This document shows, piece after piece, positions 31,755 to 41,021 of a stretch of DNA of 64,000 nt. Source of the DNA: a bacterium (lineage in GTDB: Bacteria > SAR324 > XYD2-FULL-50-16 > G965216635); assembly GCA_965216635.1 (NCBI GenBank), contig OZ244188.1, forward strand, positions 896,001 through 960,000. Direction: 5' to 3'. Numbering within the stretch: position 1 is the first letter of the stretch; every line of letters begins with the position of its first letter. The notes beneath the pieces were generated by a model, which was not told the origin of the DNA, did no database searches, and worked only from the letters and a program-made list of their open reading frames with translations. A program made the position numbers and the translations under genes.

Positions 31755-32846
31755 TTATTTTTTTATACAGCGCCAAGGAACTATAGAACCCACACCAAAT
31801 AAGGCGATAGTAATCATCAACCACCAGCCTAGCCACGGGATACTAGCTATAAGCACAGTGCTTATAACACTCATTACTGATACAATCGCAATATTCAGTG
31901 TAGTTACAGGAATGTTTCCTCGTAATTTTTGCCAAATATAACAAATGATAAAATAATTTCCCAACAAATAGCCTACACAACACAGGATAACAGTAGCTAA
32001 TATTGAGAGTAGGGAAATTGGAATTCCAATCACAGTGATAGCGCTGACAAGAATGCTACCTACTAATACAGATAGTGATAAAAATCCGTAGCCTAAACTA
32101 GCCCAGATGTTAGACATTCCTCGTTCATAAGAATTTATTATTTTTTTGCGGAAAAACATGGCAATAGCAAAAATTATTAGTGCTGTAAAAAATAGTTTGA
32201 AAATTTTTGAAAGCCAAGGTCTTCCTCTATGTTCCTTAAATTCGTGATCTATTTCTTTCCAGCTTTTATAATTAATACGTTCAACAGAAATAACAGAATT
32301 TGGAATATTAAAGTTTTCTTTGCTGTCGGTGTATAGAGTTAAGGAGCCTTGAATGCGGGCATCAGGAGAAAAATTTAATTCTTTCACTGCTAATGCCACA
32401 CTACCAGAAATATTGCCTTTTATTTCTAGGTTGCTAGCAGCTACTAATAGGTCTCCGCCTATATTACCACTAATTTGAACATTATCACCAGCTACCCTTA
32501 GATCGCTCCCAACAGGGCTTGAAACAAATATATTTTCCCCAGCCAGATTGGCATCGCCTAATATTGCTCCCCGCAAAGATATTATTTGCCCAGCCGCGTA
32601 TAGATTTTGTCCAATACTGTTTTCAATAATTATATTTTTGGCGGCTAAATAAGCACTACCAGTAATACTATTATTGATAGAGATTGATTTAGCAGCAGCA
32701 AATACATCATCAATGTCAGAACTTTTAACATTCACAGTATCTCCAGCCACATAGGTATCATTTCCTATTACCACTAATTTTTTCTCAGCATAAATGCTGT
32801 TGGTTGTTAGCGCCAACACTAATAAAACAAATATTTTTTTTAACAT
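31755..32846 (-). CDS. Polymer-forming cytoskeletal (bactofilin-like beta-helix) protein with a C-terminal multi-TM domain
   Basis: Signal peptide, repeated G-[SQD]-x-x-[AL]-A-G units, then several hydrophobic helices. Confidence 0.7.
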   Translation of the reverse strand: MLKKIFVLLVLALTTNSIYAEKKLVVIGNDTYVAGDTVNVKSSDIDDVFAAAKSISINNSITGSAYLAAKNIIIENSIGQNLYAAGQIISLRGAILGDANLAGENIFVSSPVGSDLRVAGDNVQISGNIGGDLLVAASNLEIKGNISGSVALAVKELNFSPDARIQGSLTLYTDSKENFNIPNSVISVERINYKSWKEIDHEFKEHRGRPWLSKIFKLFFTALIIFAIAMFFRKKIINSYERGMSNIWASLGYGFLSLSVLVGSILVSAITVIGIPISLLSILATVILCCVGYLLGNYFIICYIWQKLRGNIPVTTLNIAIVSVMSVISTVLIASIPWLGWWLMITIALFGVGSIVPWRCIKK

Positions 32847-33011
32847 AAGAATTTTCTAGTTAGTTGTTAAAGGGAAGTTTTTGAAATATAGCTTCCTCTT
32901 ATAATTAGAGCATTGTAGCAGTAAAGCCAAAAAATCACAACTAATCAATGTTGAAACATCATAATTAGCCATTTCTTTAGCCAAAATAAAAAAATCTATG
33001 GTTTATAGTTC

Positions 33012-33551
33012 TTATCGCAAAATCCCGTCTCTTTTCTGTATTGCTAAAAATTCGTCCATAGGTTTATCTCCTTTTCTACGATTACAACTGCTACATAATA
33101 ATTGTAAATTTTCTATGTTATCTCTACCGCCTTTTGATTGTGGGTGTATATGGTCTATTTCAAAATTTCTGTAAGGAAACTGTAAATTACACCCTTTACA
33201 AACTCCTTCTTGATCTCCAAATAACCATTTTTTATCATCAATAGTAACTTTTTCTGTTTTCTGGTCTGTTCTTACTTGAATATAATTGTGTAATACTGGT
33301 TTTTCCTCTGCTATTAGTCCTAACCATTCTTTTTTTATGTCCTCTTTTTTAAAAATATCATCAAAAGCTGGGTTTTTATCAATACCGAGTTTTTTTTTAT
33401 TTTCCTCTCCTATAGGAGTAACAAATTTTTTGTTTTTATTGAAAGGTGGGTCTAGGTAAATAAGGTCAATGGAATTGCTATTTATTCCTCGCATTATTTC
33501 TAGGTTGTCGTTAGTAAATACAGTCCTATTTTTTATGTTTGCTTGTAGCAT
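33012..33551 (-). pseudogene. DNA MTase N-terminal fragment fused to an HNH endonuclease (internal deletion)
   Basis: DNLEIMRG..IDLIYLDPPFN but no FxGxG motif; C-terminal CKGC..DHIHPQSKGGRDNIENLQLLCSSCNRRK. Confidence 0.75.
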
Positions 33552-33562
33552 TTTATTACTTT

Positions 33563-33745
33563 GAGACCTTTGAATTTGCCAAATAGGACAAAACTAGCTG
33601 TGACGGCTAGCCAAATGGTTAAAACAGGTGCAAAAAAAATTTTTAGCTCGCTGGAATACTGAAGAGCATTTCTTCACAAATGGCAAGAGTTAAAAAAATT
33701 TTTCAACGCTGCATAGACTAAACAGAATGCAAATTCAAAAGTCTA
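33563..33745 (+). mobile_element. MITE-like element
   Basis: gagacctttgaatttgcc..gcaaattcaaaagtcta. Confidence 0.8.
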
Positions 33746-33814
33746 TTTGTTTTTTTATAAAACAATCTACTGCCCCTAAATTAATAGGAAAAACTTTTTT
33801 AAGCAACCTTTGAA

Positions 33815-35218
33815 TTATTGATTGACAATGTGAATAGCCTCTCCCAGTGCTGCTGCTGCTGCTTCCAAATGGGCTTCGCTGAAAGAGGGGTGCGCCTGTA
33901 TTGTCAAAGCTAAATCTTCTAAAGTGGCTCCCATTTCTACGGCTAAAACAGATTGTCCGATAAGTTCTGATGCTAGATTGGCTACGATTACCGCTCCGAT
34001 TACACGGTGGCTTTCTTTGCAGGCTATGTATTTTAGATAGCCTTGCGATTCGTTCACAGTGGCGCTTCTACCAAGTGCTGCTAAAGGAAATTTCCCAGTG
34101 ATTGTTTCGATGTTGTTTTGAGCCGCTGTTTCTTCGTCCATACCTACACTGGCAATTTCTGGCTTGGTATAGACTACATTAGGAATTACCTTTATATCTT
34201 GACGTGATACTTTTTTTCCTGCAATTATTTCTGCTACCCTTATAGCTTCCGCACTGGCTTTATGAGCGAGCATAGGCCCATCTACCAAATCTCCAATAGC
34301 ATAAATATTAGGGACTGTTGTTTGAAATTGGTCGTTGATTACAATTTTTCCTTTTTCGTTTTGAATACCCAATTTGTCTACATTGAGCATTTTAGTATTG
34401 GGTTTTCTACCAACAGCTAGAGCTAAAATTTCTGTGGTTAAAATATCTTTTTTGGTATCTTTTTCTATCTCTAAATGGACTTTATTGTTTTTTATTTCGC
34501 AACTCAGTGCCTTAGTCATAGTAAAAAATTTCACTCCTTGAGATTTCATTTTTTTTTCTACAATCGCACTAGCTTCTTTTTCAAAAGGTACTAAAATTCT
34601 TGTCTCCATTTCTACAATGCTCACTTCTGCACCCAAAGCTGCATAAATCCCTCCTAACTCGCAACCTATAATACCCCCGCCTAAAATAGCAATGGAGCTG
34701 GGTATTTTCTCTAAGGCGAGCAAATCGCTAGAATCCAGAATCATTTTGTGATCCAGAGGAAACTGCGGTAATTCTATTACTGATGAACCAGTCGCCAAAA
34801 TAATATTTTCAAATTGAATTTCTTCCTCTTTTTTATCTTCGGTTTTTACCTTCACTAAATTTTTATCCAACAACTCTCCTGTACCATAAAGTATTTTGAC
34901 TTGATTTTTTTTCAAAAGAAACTCTACCCCTTGAGTGATTTTATGCACTAGCTTGTCTTTCCATTCTATAGTTTTTTGCCAATCTATATTGGGAGACGTT
35001 ACAGAAATGCCAATTTTAGGAAATTCTTTACTGATTTTTTGGTATTCTGCAGCAGCGTGAATGAGTGCTTTGGAGGGAATACAGCCAACATTGAGACAAG
35101 TTCCACCCATACGGGATTTTTCTACAATGAGGCATTCTTGTTTGAGCTGTCCTAGTCTGATTGCCGCACAATAACCCGCAGGTCCACCTCCTAGCACTAA
35201 ATTTTTTATTTTCTGCAT
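33815..35218 (-). CDS. lpdA: Dihydrolipoyl dehydrogenase (E3)
   Basis: GGGPAGY, GGTCLNVGCIPSKAL, GGGIIGCE, MLAHKA, AHPSFSE. Confidence 0.96.
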   Translation of the reverse strand: MQKIKNLVLGGGPAGYCAAIRLGQLKQECLIVEKSRMGGTCLNVGCIPSKALIHAAAEYQKISKEFPKIGISVTSPNIDWQKTIEWKDKLVHKITQGVEFLLKKNQVKILYGTGELLDKNLVKVKTEDKKEEEIQFENIILATGSSVIELPQFPLDHKMILDSSDLLALEKIPSSIAILGGGIIGCELGGIYAALGAEVSIVEMETRILVPFEKEASAIVEKKMKSQGVKFFTMTKALSCEIKNNKVHLEIEKDTKKDILTTEILALAVGRKPNTKMLNVDKLGIQNEKGKIVINDQFQTTVPNIYAIGDLVDGPMLAHKASAEAIRVAEIIAGKKVSRQDIKVIPNVVYTKPEIASVGMDEETAAQNNIETITGKFPLAALGRSATVNESQGYLKYIACKESHRVIGAVIVANLASELIGQSVLAVEMGATLEDLALTIQAHPSFSEAHLEAAAAALGEAIHIVNQ

Positions 35219-35286
35219 CTTTTTAACTTTTTTTTAAAAGCATACTTCTTTCTACTCTTTCTGTCAATCCTATTTTAAGATTATTA

Positions 35287-35480
35287 TAGACCTTTGAATT
35301 TCGCTGATGCTTACCTACTATTGGGGCTAGCCAAATGGTTAGAACAGGTGCGAAAAATTTTTTTAGCTTGTAGGAATACTGAAGAGCATTTCTTCACAAC
35401 TGGCAATAGTTAAAAAAAATTTTCAACGCTGCATAGGCTAAACAGCTAGTTTTGTCCTATTTGGCAAATTCAAAATTCTA
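35287..35480 (+). mobile_element. MITE-like element
   Basis: tagacctttgaatttc..ggcaaattcaaaattcta. Confidence 0.8.
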
Positions 35481-35639
35481 TCAAATTAAGCTTTTTTTCA
35501 AAGATTTATCTAGTCGAAACGCTAAAATTCCCTATTTTTTAAAAAATTCTCTAATAAAGGTTTATTTTTTTTTAAAAAAAGACTATTTTAAAGTCGTGCT
35601 AGTAATTGCTAGCTAAATTTAATTAAAATACAATCAAAT

Positions 35640-36824
35640 ATGTTGAAAAGAAAATCACTTATTAGATCATTATTGGTTATTAGCTTATCTTTGTTTACTT
35701 GTTTGACAGCATTTGCTGAGACATTAAAGATAGGTTTTGTAGGAGTAACGAGCGGTCCAGCAGCTGCTTGGGGAGCTTCCAATGTTAGATCTATGCAAGT
35801 TCGTGCTGATTGGCTAAATGAAACTGGTGGAGTTACTATTGGAGGTAAGAAATACAAACTTCAAATTGTCACATTTGACGATCAAAAAGATCCCAAACGG
35901 GCTATTGCTGGTATGGAAAAAATGGCACAACAGGGGATTCATTATGTTGTAGGTCCGAATGTTGATGATGGTGCTGCGGCAGTTCGTCCTGTAGCAGAAA
36001 AGAATGGTATTGTTTATTTCCCTTATGCTTTTCCAAAAGCACTTTATCAAAAACCAGCATCTAATGCGGTATTGGGTATGGTGGCAAATTATCAATCCGC
36101 TCCAGCAATTTACAAGTATCTTAAAACAAAGAAAGGTGTAAAAACTATTGCGTTTATTGCTGCGAATGAATCGGATCCTTTAAGCCAAAGAGATGGTGGT
36201 GTAGCTACTGCGAAAGCCTTAGGATTGAAAATTCTATCCTCTAGGAATACATATCAGAACGACACAAGGGACTTTGTGCCTATAGTCTTGCCTGTTATTA
36301 AAAACAAACCAGATCTATTGGTGTTATCTGGTGTCGCTCCAGCAAATGCTCCTTTGTTAATTCGCGCTGCGCGTGAATTAGGTTTTAAAGGATATATTTC
36401 TACAGAAACAGCACAGGATTCTAAAATCTTGCAAGAAGGTGCAGGGAAACTTGCTAATGGCTTTATTTCTGTAGGGGGGGCTTCTACTCCTAAAATTCGT
36501 TCTTCAGTAATGAAAGAATTCATCAAACGCTATACTAAAAAATATGGCCAATACGATGATGAATCTAATACTAAAGTTTATGCTTTAGAATATATTCTAG
36601 AAACACTGAAAGCGAATCCTAAAGCAATTAATGATGTAGAGGAATTCAAAAAAACTATGAATACTTTGAATGCAAGAAATCCATTTGTGAAAAGTAAGAA
36701 GGCTAAGCTAACTTATGTGGGTTCAACTTCTTTTGGTCAAAAACGCCAAATCTCAGTTCCACTAGTCGTGAATGAATTCAAAAATGGTAAATTCCAAACA
36801 CTATTCGTTGCTTCTGTAGACTAA
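35640..36824 (+). CDS. LIV-type ABC substrate-binding protein
   Basis: Signal peptide; LKIGFVGVTSGPAAAWG, NETGGVTIGG, DDQKDPK. Confidence 0.88.
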   Translation: MLKRKSLIRSLLVISLSLFTCLTAFAETLKIGFVGVTSGPAAAWGASNVRSMQVRADWLNETGGVTIGGKKYKLQIVTFDDQKDPKRAIAGMEKMAQQGIHYVVGPNVDDGAAAVRPVAEKNGIVYFPYAFPKALYQKPASNAVLGMVANYQSAPAIYKYLKTKKGVKTIAFIAANESDPLSQRDGGVATAKALGLKILSSRNTYQNDTRDFVPIVLPVIKNKPDLLVLSGVAPANAPLLIRAARELGFKGYISTETAQDSKILQEGAGKLANGFISVGGASTPKIRSSVMKEFIKRYTKKYGQYDDESNTKVYALEYILETLKANPKAINDVEEFKKTMNTLNARNPFVKSKKAKLTYVGSTSFGQKRQISVPLVVNEFKNGKFQTLFVASVD

Positions 36825-36851
36825 TTCCAAAAGGAAATTAGTGTATAGGTG

Positions 36852-36885
36852 AGAACACTACCTAGTTTATGCTAGGTAGTGTTCT
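36852..36885 (+). terminator. Intercistronic 14-bp stem-loop after the binding-protein gene
   Basis: agaacactacctag-tttatg-ctaggtagtgttct, a perfect inverted repeat. Confidence 0.7.
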
Positions 36886-36912
36886 TGTTAACTTTTCTTC
36901 TACATTCAAGTA

Positions 36913-37791
36913 ATGGAACAGATTATTTTAAATGGATTAATACAAGGGTCTCAATATGCTTTATTGGCGGTTGGGCTAACTCTGATTTTCGGGTTGATGA
37001 ATGTATTGAATTTTGCTCACGGACAAATGTTTGTTTTGGGGGCTTTCGTTTGTTATGTTGTTTATGGTCAATGGGGGTTTCCTTTTTGGTTGGCTTTAAT
37101 ATGTTCGGCAATCACAGTGGGTATTGTAGGAGCAATTTTTGAACGGTTTTTTTTTCGCACTGTGCTGAAAAGATCGGTGAGAGCAGAAAGTTCTATGCTA
37201 CTGGCGGCGGGGACTGCTTTTTTATTAGATGCTATTATTTTATTAGTATTTAGTGATAAACAAAGAGGAGTTCCGAAAATTGTTGAAGGAATATATGTCA
37301 ATGAAATTTTAGATATTTACATAGCCTATGATCGGTTAGTGATAGGGCTATATGCAGTTATTTTAATTTTTGTTTTTATTGCTTTTATGCGTTGGACAAA
37401 ACCAGGTAGAGCTATGCGTGCTTTAGCACAAGACAAAATGGCGTCTCATTTGATGGGGGTTAATGTTGATTTTTACAGTATGGTGGGATTTGCGCTAGGA
37501 GCCGCTTTTGCTGGATTAGGTGGAGGTTTATTAGTAGCTTTAACGGGAGTAAATTCTGGAATCGGTACTGGTTTATCTATCAAAGCATTTTTAATGGTTA
37601 TGATAGGAGGTGCGGGTGTGATCCAAGGTGCTATTATAGGTGGTTTTATTTTAGGAATGTTAGAATCTGTAGGTTTATCTTTTCTCGCACAATACGGTTA
37701 TGGAGATTTCACTCACTTAATTATTTTTGTTTTGTTAATGATTTTTTTAAGCATTAGACCCCATGGTTTAATGGGTAAACCGTGGGGATAG
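36913..37791 (+). CDS. LivH-like ABC permease
   Basis: GLTLIFGLMNVLNFAHG, GRAMRALAQD, RPHGLMG. Confidence 0.9.
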   Translation: MEQIILNGLIQGSQYALLAVGLTLIFGLMNVLNFAHGQMFVLGAFVCYVVYGQWGFPFWLALICSAITVGIVGAIFERFFFRTVLKRSVRAESSMLLAAGTAFLLDAIILLVFSDKQRGVPKIVEGIYVNEILDIYIAYDRLVIGLYAVILIFVFIAFMRWTKPGRAMRALAQDKMASHLMGVNVDFYSMVGFALGAAFAGLGGGLLVALTGVNSGIGTGLSIKAFLMVMIGGAGVIQGAIIGGFILGMLESVGLSFLAQYGYGDFTHLIIFVLLMIFLSIRPHGLMGKPWG

Positions 37792-37795
37792 GGGT

Positions 37796-38761
37796 ATGAA
37801 TAAAAAATTATTATACTTATTCATAGGTCTCTTTATTATTTTAATTGTAATACCAGTTATTTTAACTCTATTAAACCGCAACGATTGGTTTTATGCGATA
37901 ACTTCTGTTGCTCTATTAAGTATTGCTAGCGCTGGTGTTTGGTTAACTTTTTATATTGGCCGCATCAATATCGGTCAAGGAGCATTTTGTCTTTTAGGAG
38001 GATATGTTACTGCAATTTTAGTAACTAAATATGGTCTGAATTTTTGGTTCACTATCCCAATATCTGGTCTCGTTTGTGTTGTCTTTAGTATATTTGTAGG
38101 ATTACCGATATTGCGTCTAAAAGGAGTTTATTTTGCTATGATTACTTTAGTATTAACTGAGGTAATGCGTTTGTTTACTCTTGTAGTGCCTATTACTAAT
38201 GGAGCCAGAGGGATTATTAGTATCCCTTTACCACAAAAGCTGTCTATATTCGGAATAACAGTCATTCCTGATTTTTCCACTATTGAACATATAAAGGTCG
38301 CATTTTACTATCTTGCTACAATCATAATGATAATTACTTTTTTTGGAGTTTATCGTTTGGTGCATTCAAGACTAGGGCATTTATGTCGTTCTCTACAGCA
38401 AAACGAAGAACTTGCTTCTTCTATTGGAGTAAATGTTGCTTATTTACGAATCATTATTTACGCCATATCATCTTTTTTAGGAAGTATTACAGGCTCTGTC
38501 TTTGTAGTTCTTACTCAATCTATTTATCCATCTAGTTTTGCAATAACAGATTCTGTAAATTTTATACTTTACTGTTTTTTAGGAGGATTAGGAAGTGTGT
38601 TAGGTCCTATAGTAGGTACTTTTGTATTGTATTTTGGTTGGGACTTGTTATTTAAAATTGGCAAATGGCAGTTATTAGTTTATTCATCTATTCTAGTTTT
38701 ATTAATGGTCTTTTTACCGAATGGATTGATGAGTATAAAATTCAAAAGAAATAACCAATGA
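37796..38761 (+). CDS. LivM-like ABC permease
   Basis: LRLKGVYFAMITL, TNGARG, GGLGSVLGP, LPNGL. Confidence 0.9.
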   Translation: MNKKLLYLFIGLFIILIVIPVILTLLNRNDWFYAITSVALLSIASAGVWLTFYIGRINIGQGAFCLLGGYVTAILVTKYGLNFWFTIPISGLVCVVFSIFVGLPILRLKGVYFAMITLVLTEVMRLFTLVVPITNGARGIISIPLPQKLSIFGITVIPDFSTIEHIKVAFYYLATIIMIITFFGVYRLVHSRLGHLCRSLQQNEELASSIGVNVAYLRIIIYAISSFLGSITGSVFVVLTQSIYPSSFAITDSVNFILYCFLGGLGSVLGPIVGTFVLYFGWDLLFKIGKWQLLVYSSILVLLMVFLPNGLMSIKFKRNNQ

Positions 38762-39537
38762 ACCCTATACTTGTAGTAGATAAAGTCACAAAAAAATTTA
38801 GTGGTTTGACTGCTGTCAATCAAGTGAGTTTTTCTGTAAATGAAGGACAAATTCTTTCTATTATTGGACCTAATGGAGCTGGCAAATCTACTCTATTTAA
38901 ACTAATCTCTTCTTTCTTAAAGCCTACTTCTGGGGTAATTACTTTGGAAGGGAAAACTGTATCTGGATTACAACCCCATAAAGTCGCTAAAATGGGAATA
39001 ATAAGAACATTCCAAGAAACTACGATTTTTAGTTCTATGACTGTTCGTGATAATGTTATTATTTCACACCATCTACAATCTAAGGCTAGCCTGTTGGGGT
39101 TTTTTTTGAATAGCAAAACAGCCAAAGTAGATAATGAAAAATTTGGAAAATCTGCAGATAAAATTTTATCCTTTTTAGGATTGTCTCATATTAGTAATCA
39201 GCTAGCTAGTGGTCTACCTCATGGATATTTACAAGCGCTGGGGATTGCGATAGGTTTGGCTGTCAATCCTAAAATTTTATTACTAGACGAACCTTTTACA
39301 GGTATGAATCAAGATGAAACTATGAAAGCAGTGGAAATGATACGCCAAATTAGAAAAAGCGGGGTTACCATTTTATTAGTAGAACACGATATGCATGCAG
39401 TAATGAATATTTCAGAACACATTATAGTTATTAATTTTGGGCAAAAAATTGCGGAAGGAACGCCTAAAGAAATTCAAAACAATCCCAAAGTAATTGAGGC
39501 TTATCTTGGAGTTAAAGATGACGAAATAGGTTTATAA
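38758..39537 (+). CDS. LivG-like ABC ATPase
   Basis: GPNGAGKST, LLLDEP, LLVEHDM, VIEAYLG. Confidence 0.92.
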   Translation: MNPILVVDKVTKKFSGLTAVNQVSFSVNEGQILSIIGPNGAGKSTLFKLISSFLKPTSGVITLEGKTVSGLQPHKVAKMGIIRTFQETTIFSSMTVRDNVIISHHLQSKASLLGFFLNSKTAKVDNEKFGKSADKILSFLGLSHISNQLASGLPHGYLQALGIAIGLAVNPKILLLDEPFTGMNQDETMKAVEMIRQIRKSGVTILLVEHDMHAVMNISEHIIVINFGQKIAEGTPKEIQNNPKVIEAYLGVKDDEIGL

Positions 39538-40265
39538 TGAAACATTTACTAGATTTTTCAAAAGTTGATTTATACTACAATCAAGTGCACGCTGTGCGTC
39601 AAGTATCTCTTCACATTGATGAAGGAGAAACGGTTGCCTTAATTGGCGCAAATGGAGCGGGTAAATCATCTGTGTTGCGTGCAATCACTGGGATTGAAAG
39701 AATACGATCGGGTGATATCAGCTACAACAATGTTTCTATTATTAGAGATAAGCCTTGTGATTTAGTCTCTAAAGGTATTGTAATGGTACCAGAAGGGAGG
39801 AGAATTTTTCCCTATATGAGTGTTAAAGACAATCTACTCATGGGGGCTTTTAGTCGCAAGGATAAGCAGGGCGTTAAAGACGATTTAGAAAAAATTTTAA
39901 ATAAATTCCCAATATTGCGGGAACGGTACGGACAGCAAGCTAGCACTATGAGTGGAGGCGAACAACAAATGATGGTAATCGGAAGAGCTTTAATGTCAAG
40001 ACCAAAATTATTGCTTATGGACGAACCTTCTTTAGGTATAGCTCCAAAATTAGTTCAAGATATTGCACGATCCATTATTGCTATTAACAAAGAAGACGAC
40101 GTATCTGTTATTTTAGTAGAGCAAAATTCACAACTAGCTTTAAAAATATCCCATAGAACTTATGTGATGGTGACAGGCAAGATAGCAATGAAAGGTAAAT
40201 CTTCCGATTTATTAAACGATGATCGCATTCGCAAAATCTACCTCGGTGGAAGTTTAGAAACATAA
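39537..40265 (+). CDS. LivF-like ABC ATPase
   Basis: GANGAGKSS, VPEGRRIF, MSGGEQQM, MDEPSLG. Confidence 0.92.
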   Translation: MKHLLDFSKVDLYYNQVHAVRQVSLHIDEGETVALIGANGAGKSSVLRAITGIERIRSGDISYNNVSIIRDKPCDLVSKGIVMVPEGRRIFPYMSVKDNLLMGAFSRKDKQGVKDDLEKILNKFPILRERYGQQASTMSGGEQQMMVIGRALMSRPKLLLMDEPSLGIAPKLVQDIARSIIAINKEDDVSVILVEQNSQLALKISHRTYVMVTGKIAMKGKSSDLLNDDRIRKIYLGGSLET

Positions 40266-40283
40266 TACTTACCAAATAAGAAT

Positions 40284-40982
40284 ATGAAAATTGCAATCAT
40301 CAATCCGAATTCTACTTCTGCGATGACAGAAAAATGTCGGCTTGTAGCAGAAAAATATAAACAAACTAATACTGAAATTTTTGCTAGCAACCCTCAAGAT
40401 TCTCCCGCATCTATAGAAGGACACTTTGATAAAGTTATGAGTCTTCCTTGCCTTATTAATGAAGTGGAAAAGGCTAAACAATGGGGTGCGGATGGCTATT
40501 TGATTGCTTGCTTTGATGATCCTGGATTAGCAGCAATCCGAGAATTAGTTATAGGACCTGTAATAGGTATTTGCGAAGCAGCTATGCATGCAGCATCCAT
40601 TGTCGCCTATTCTTTTTCTGTAATTACAACTCTACCGCGTTCTGTTCCTATTATAGAAGAATTAGCCTATCGCTATGGTATGAATAAATTCGTTAAAAAA
40701 ATAAGATCTGCTAACATTCCAGTATTAGCATTAGAAGATCCAAATTCAGGAGCCAGAAAAATGGTGAAGGCAGAAATTCTAAAAGCTATTCAAGAAGATC
40801 AATGCGAAGCAATCATCTTAGGTTGTGCAGGCATGGCTGATTTGGCTTTAGCCTTGAGTGAAGAATGTAAAATTCCTGTTATTGACGGTGTTTTAGTTGG
40901 ATTCAAACTTTGCGAAGCTTTAGTGGGTGCTAATATAAAAACTAGTAAAATTAATGCTTATAGTTTTCCTAGAAAAAAATAA
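40284..40982 (+). CDS. Asp/Glu/hydantoin racemase family, allantoin racemase-like
   Basis: INPNSTSAMT, PASIEG, IACFDDPG, ILGCAGMAD (two catalytic Cys). Confidence 0.88.
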   Translation: MKIAIINPNSTSAMTEKCRLVAEKYKQTNTEIFASNPQDSPASIEGHFDKVMSLPCLINEVEKAKQWGADGYLIACFDDPGLAAIRELVIGPVIGICEAAMHAASIVAYSFSVITTLPRSVPIIEELAYRYGMNKFVKKIRSANIPVLALEDPNSGARKMVKAEILKAIQEDQCEAIILGCAGMADLALALSEECKIPVIDGVLVGFKLCEALVGANIKTSKINAYSFPRKK

Positions 40983-41021
40983 TTTCTGCTCTTGAGCCTT
41001 AAGAAAAAACTTGGGCAAAAA

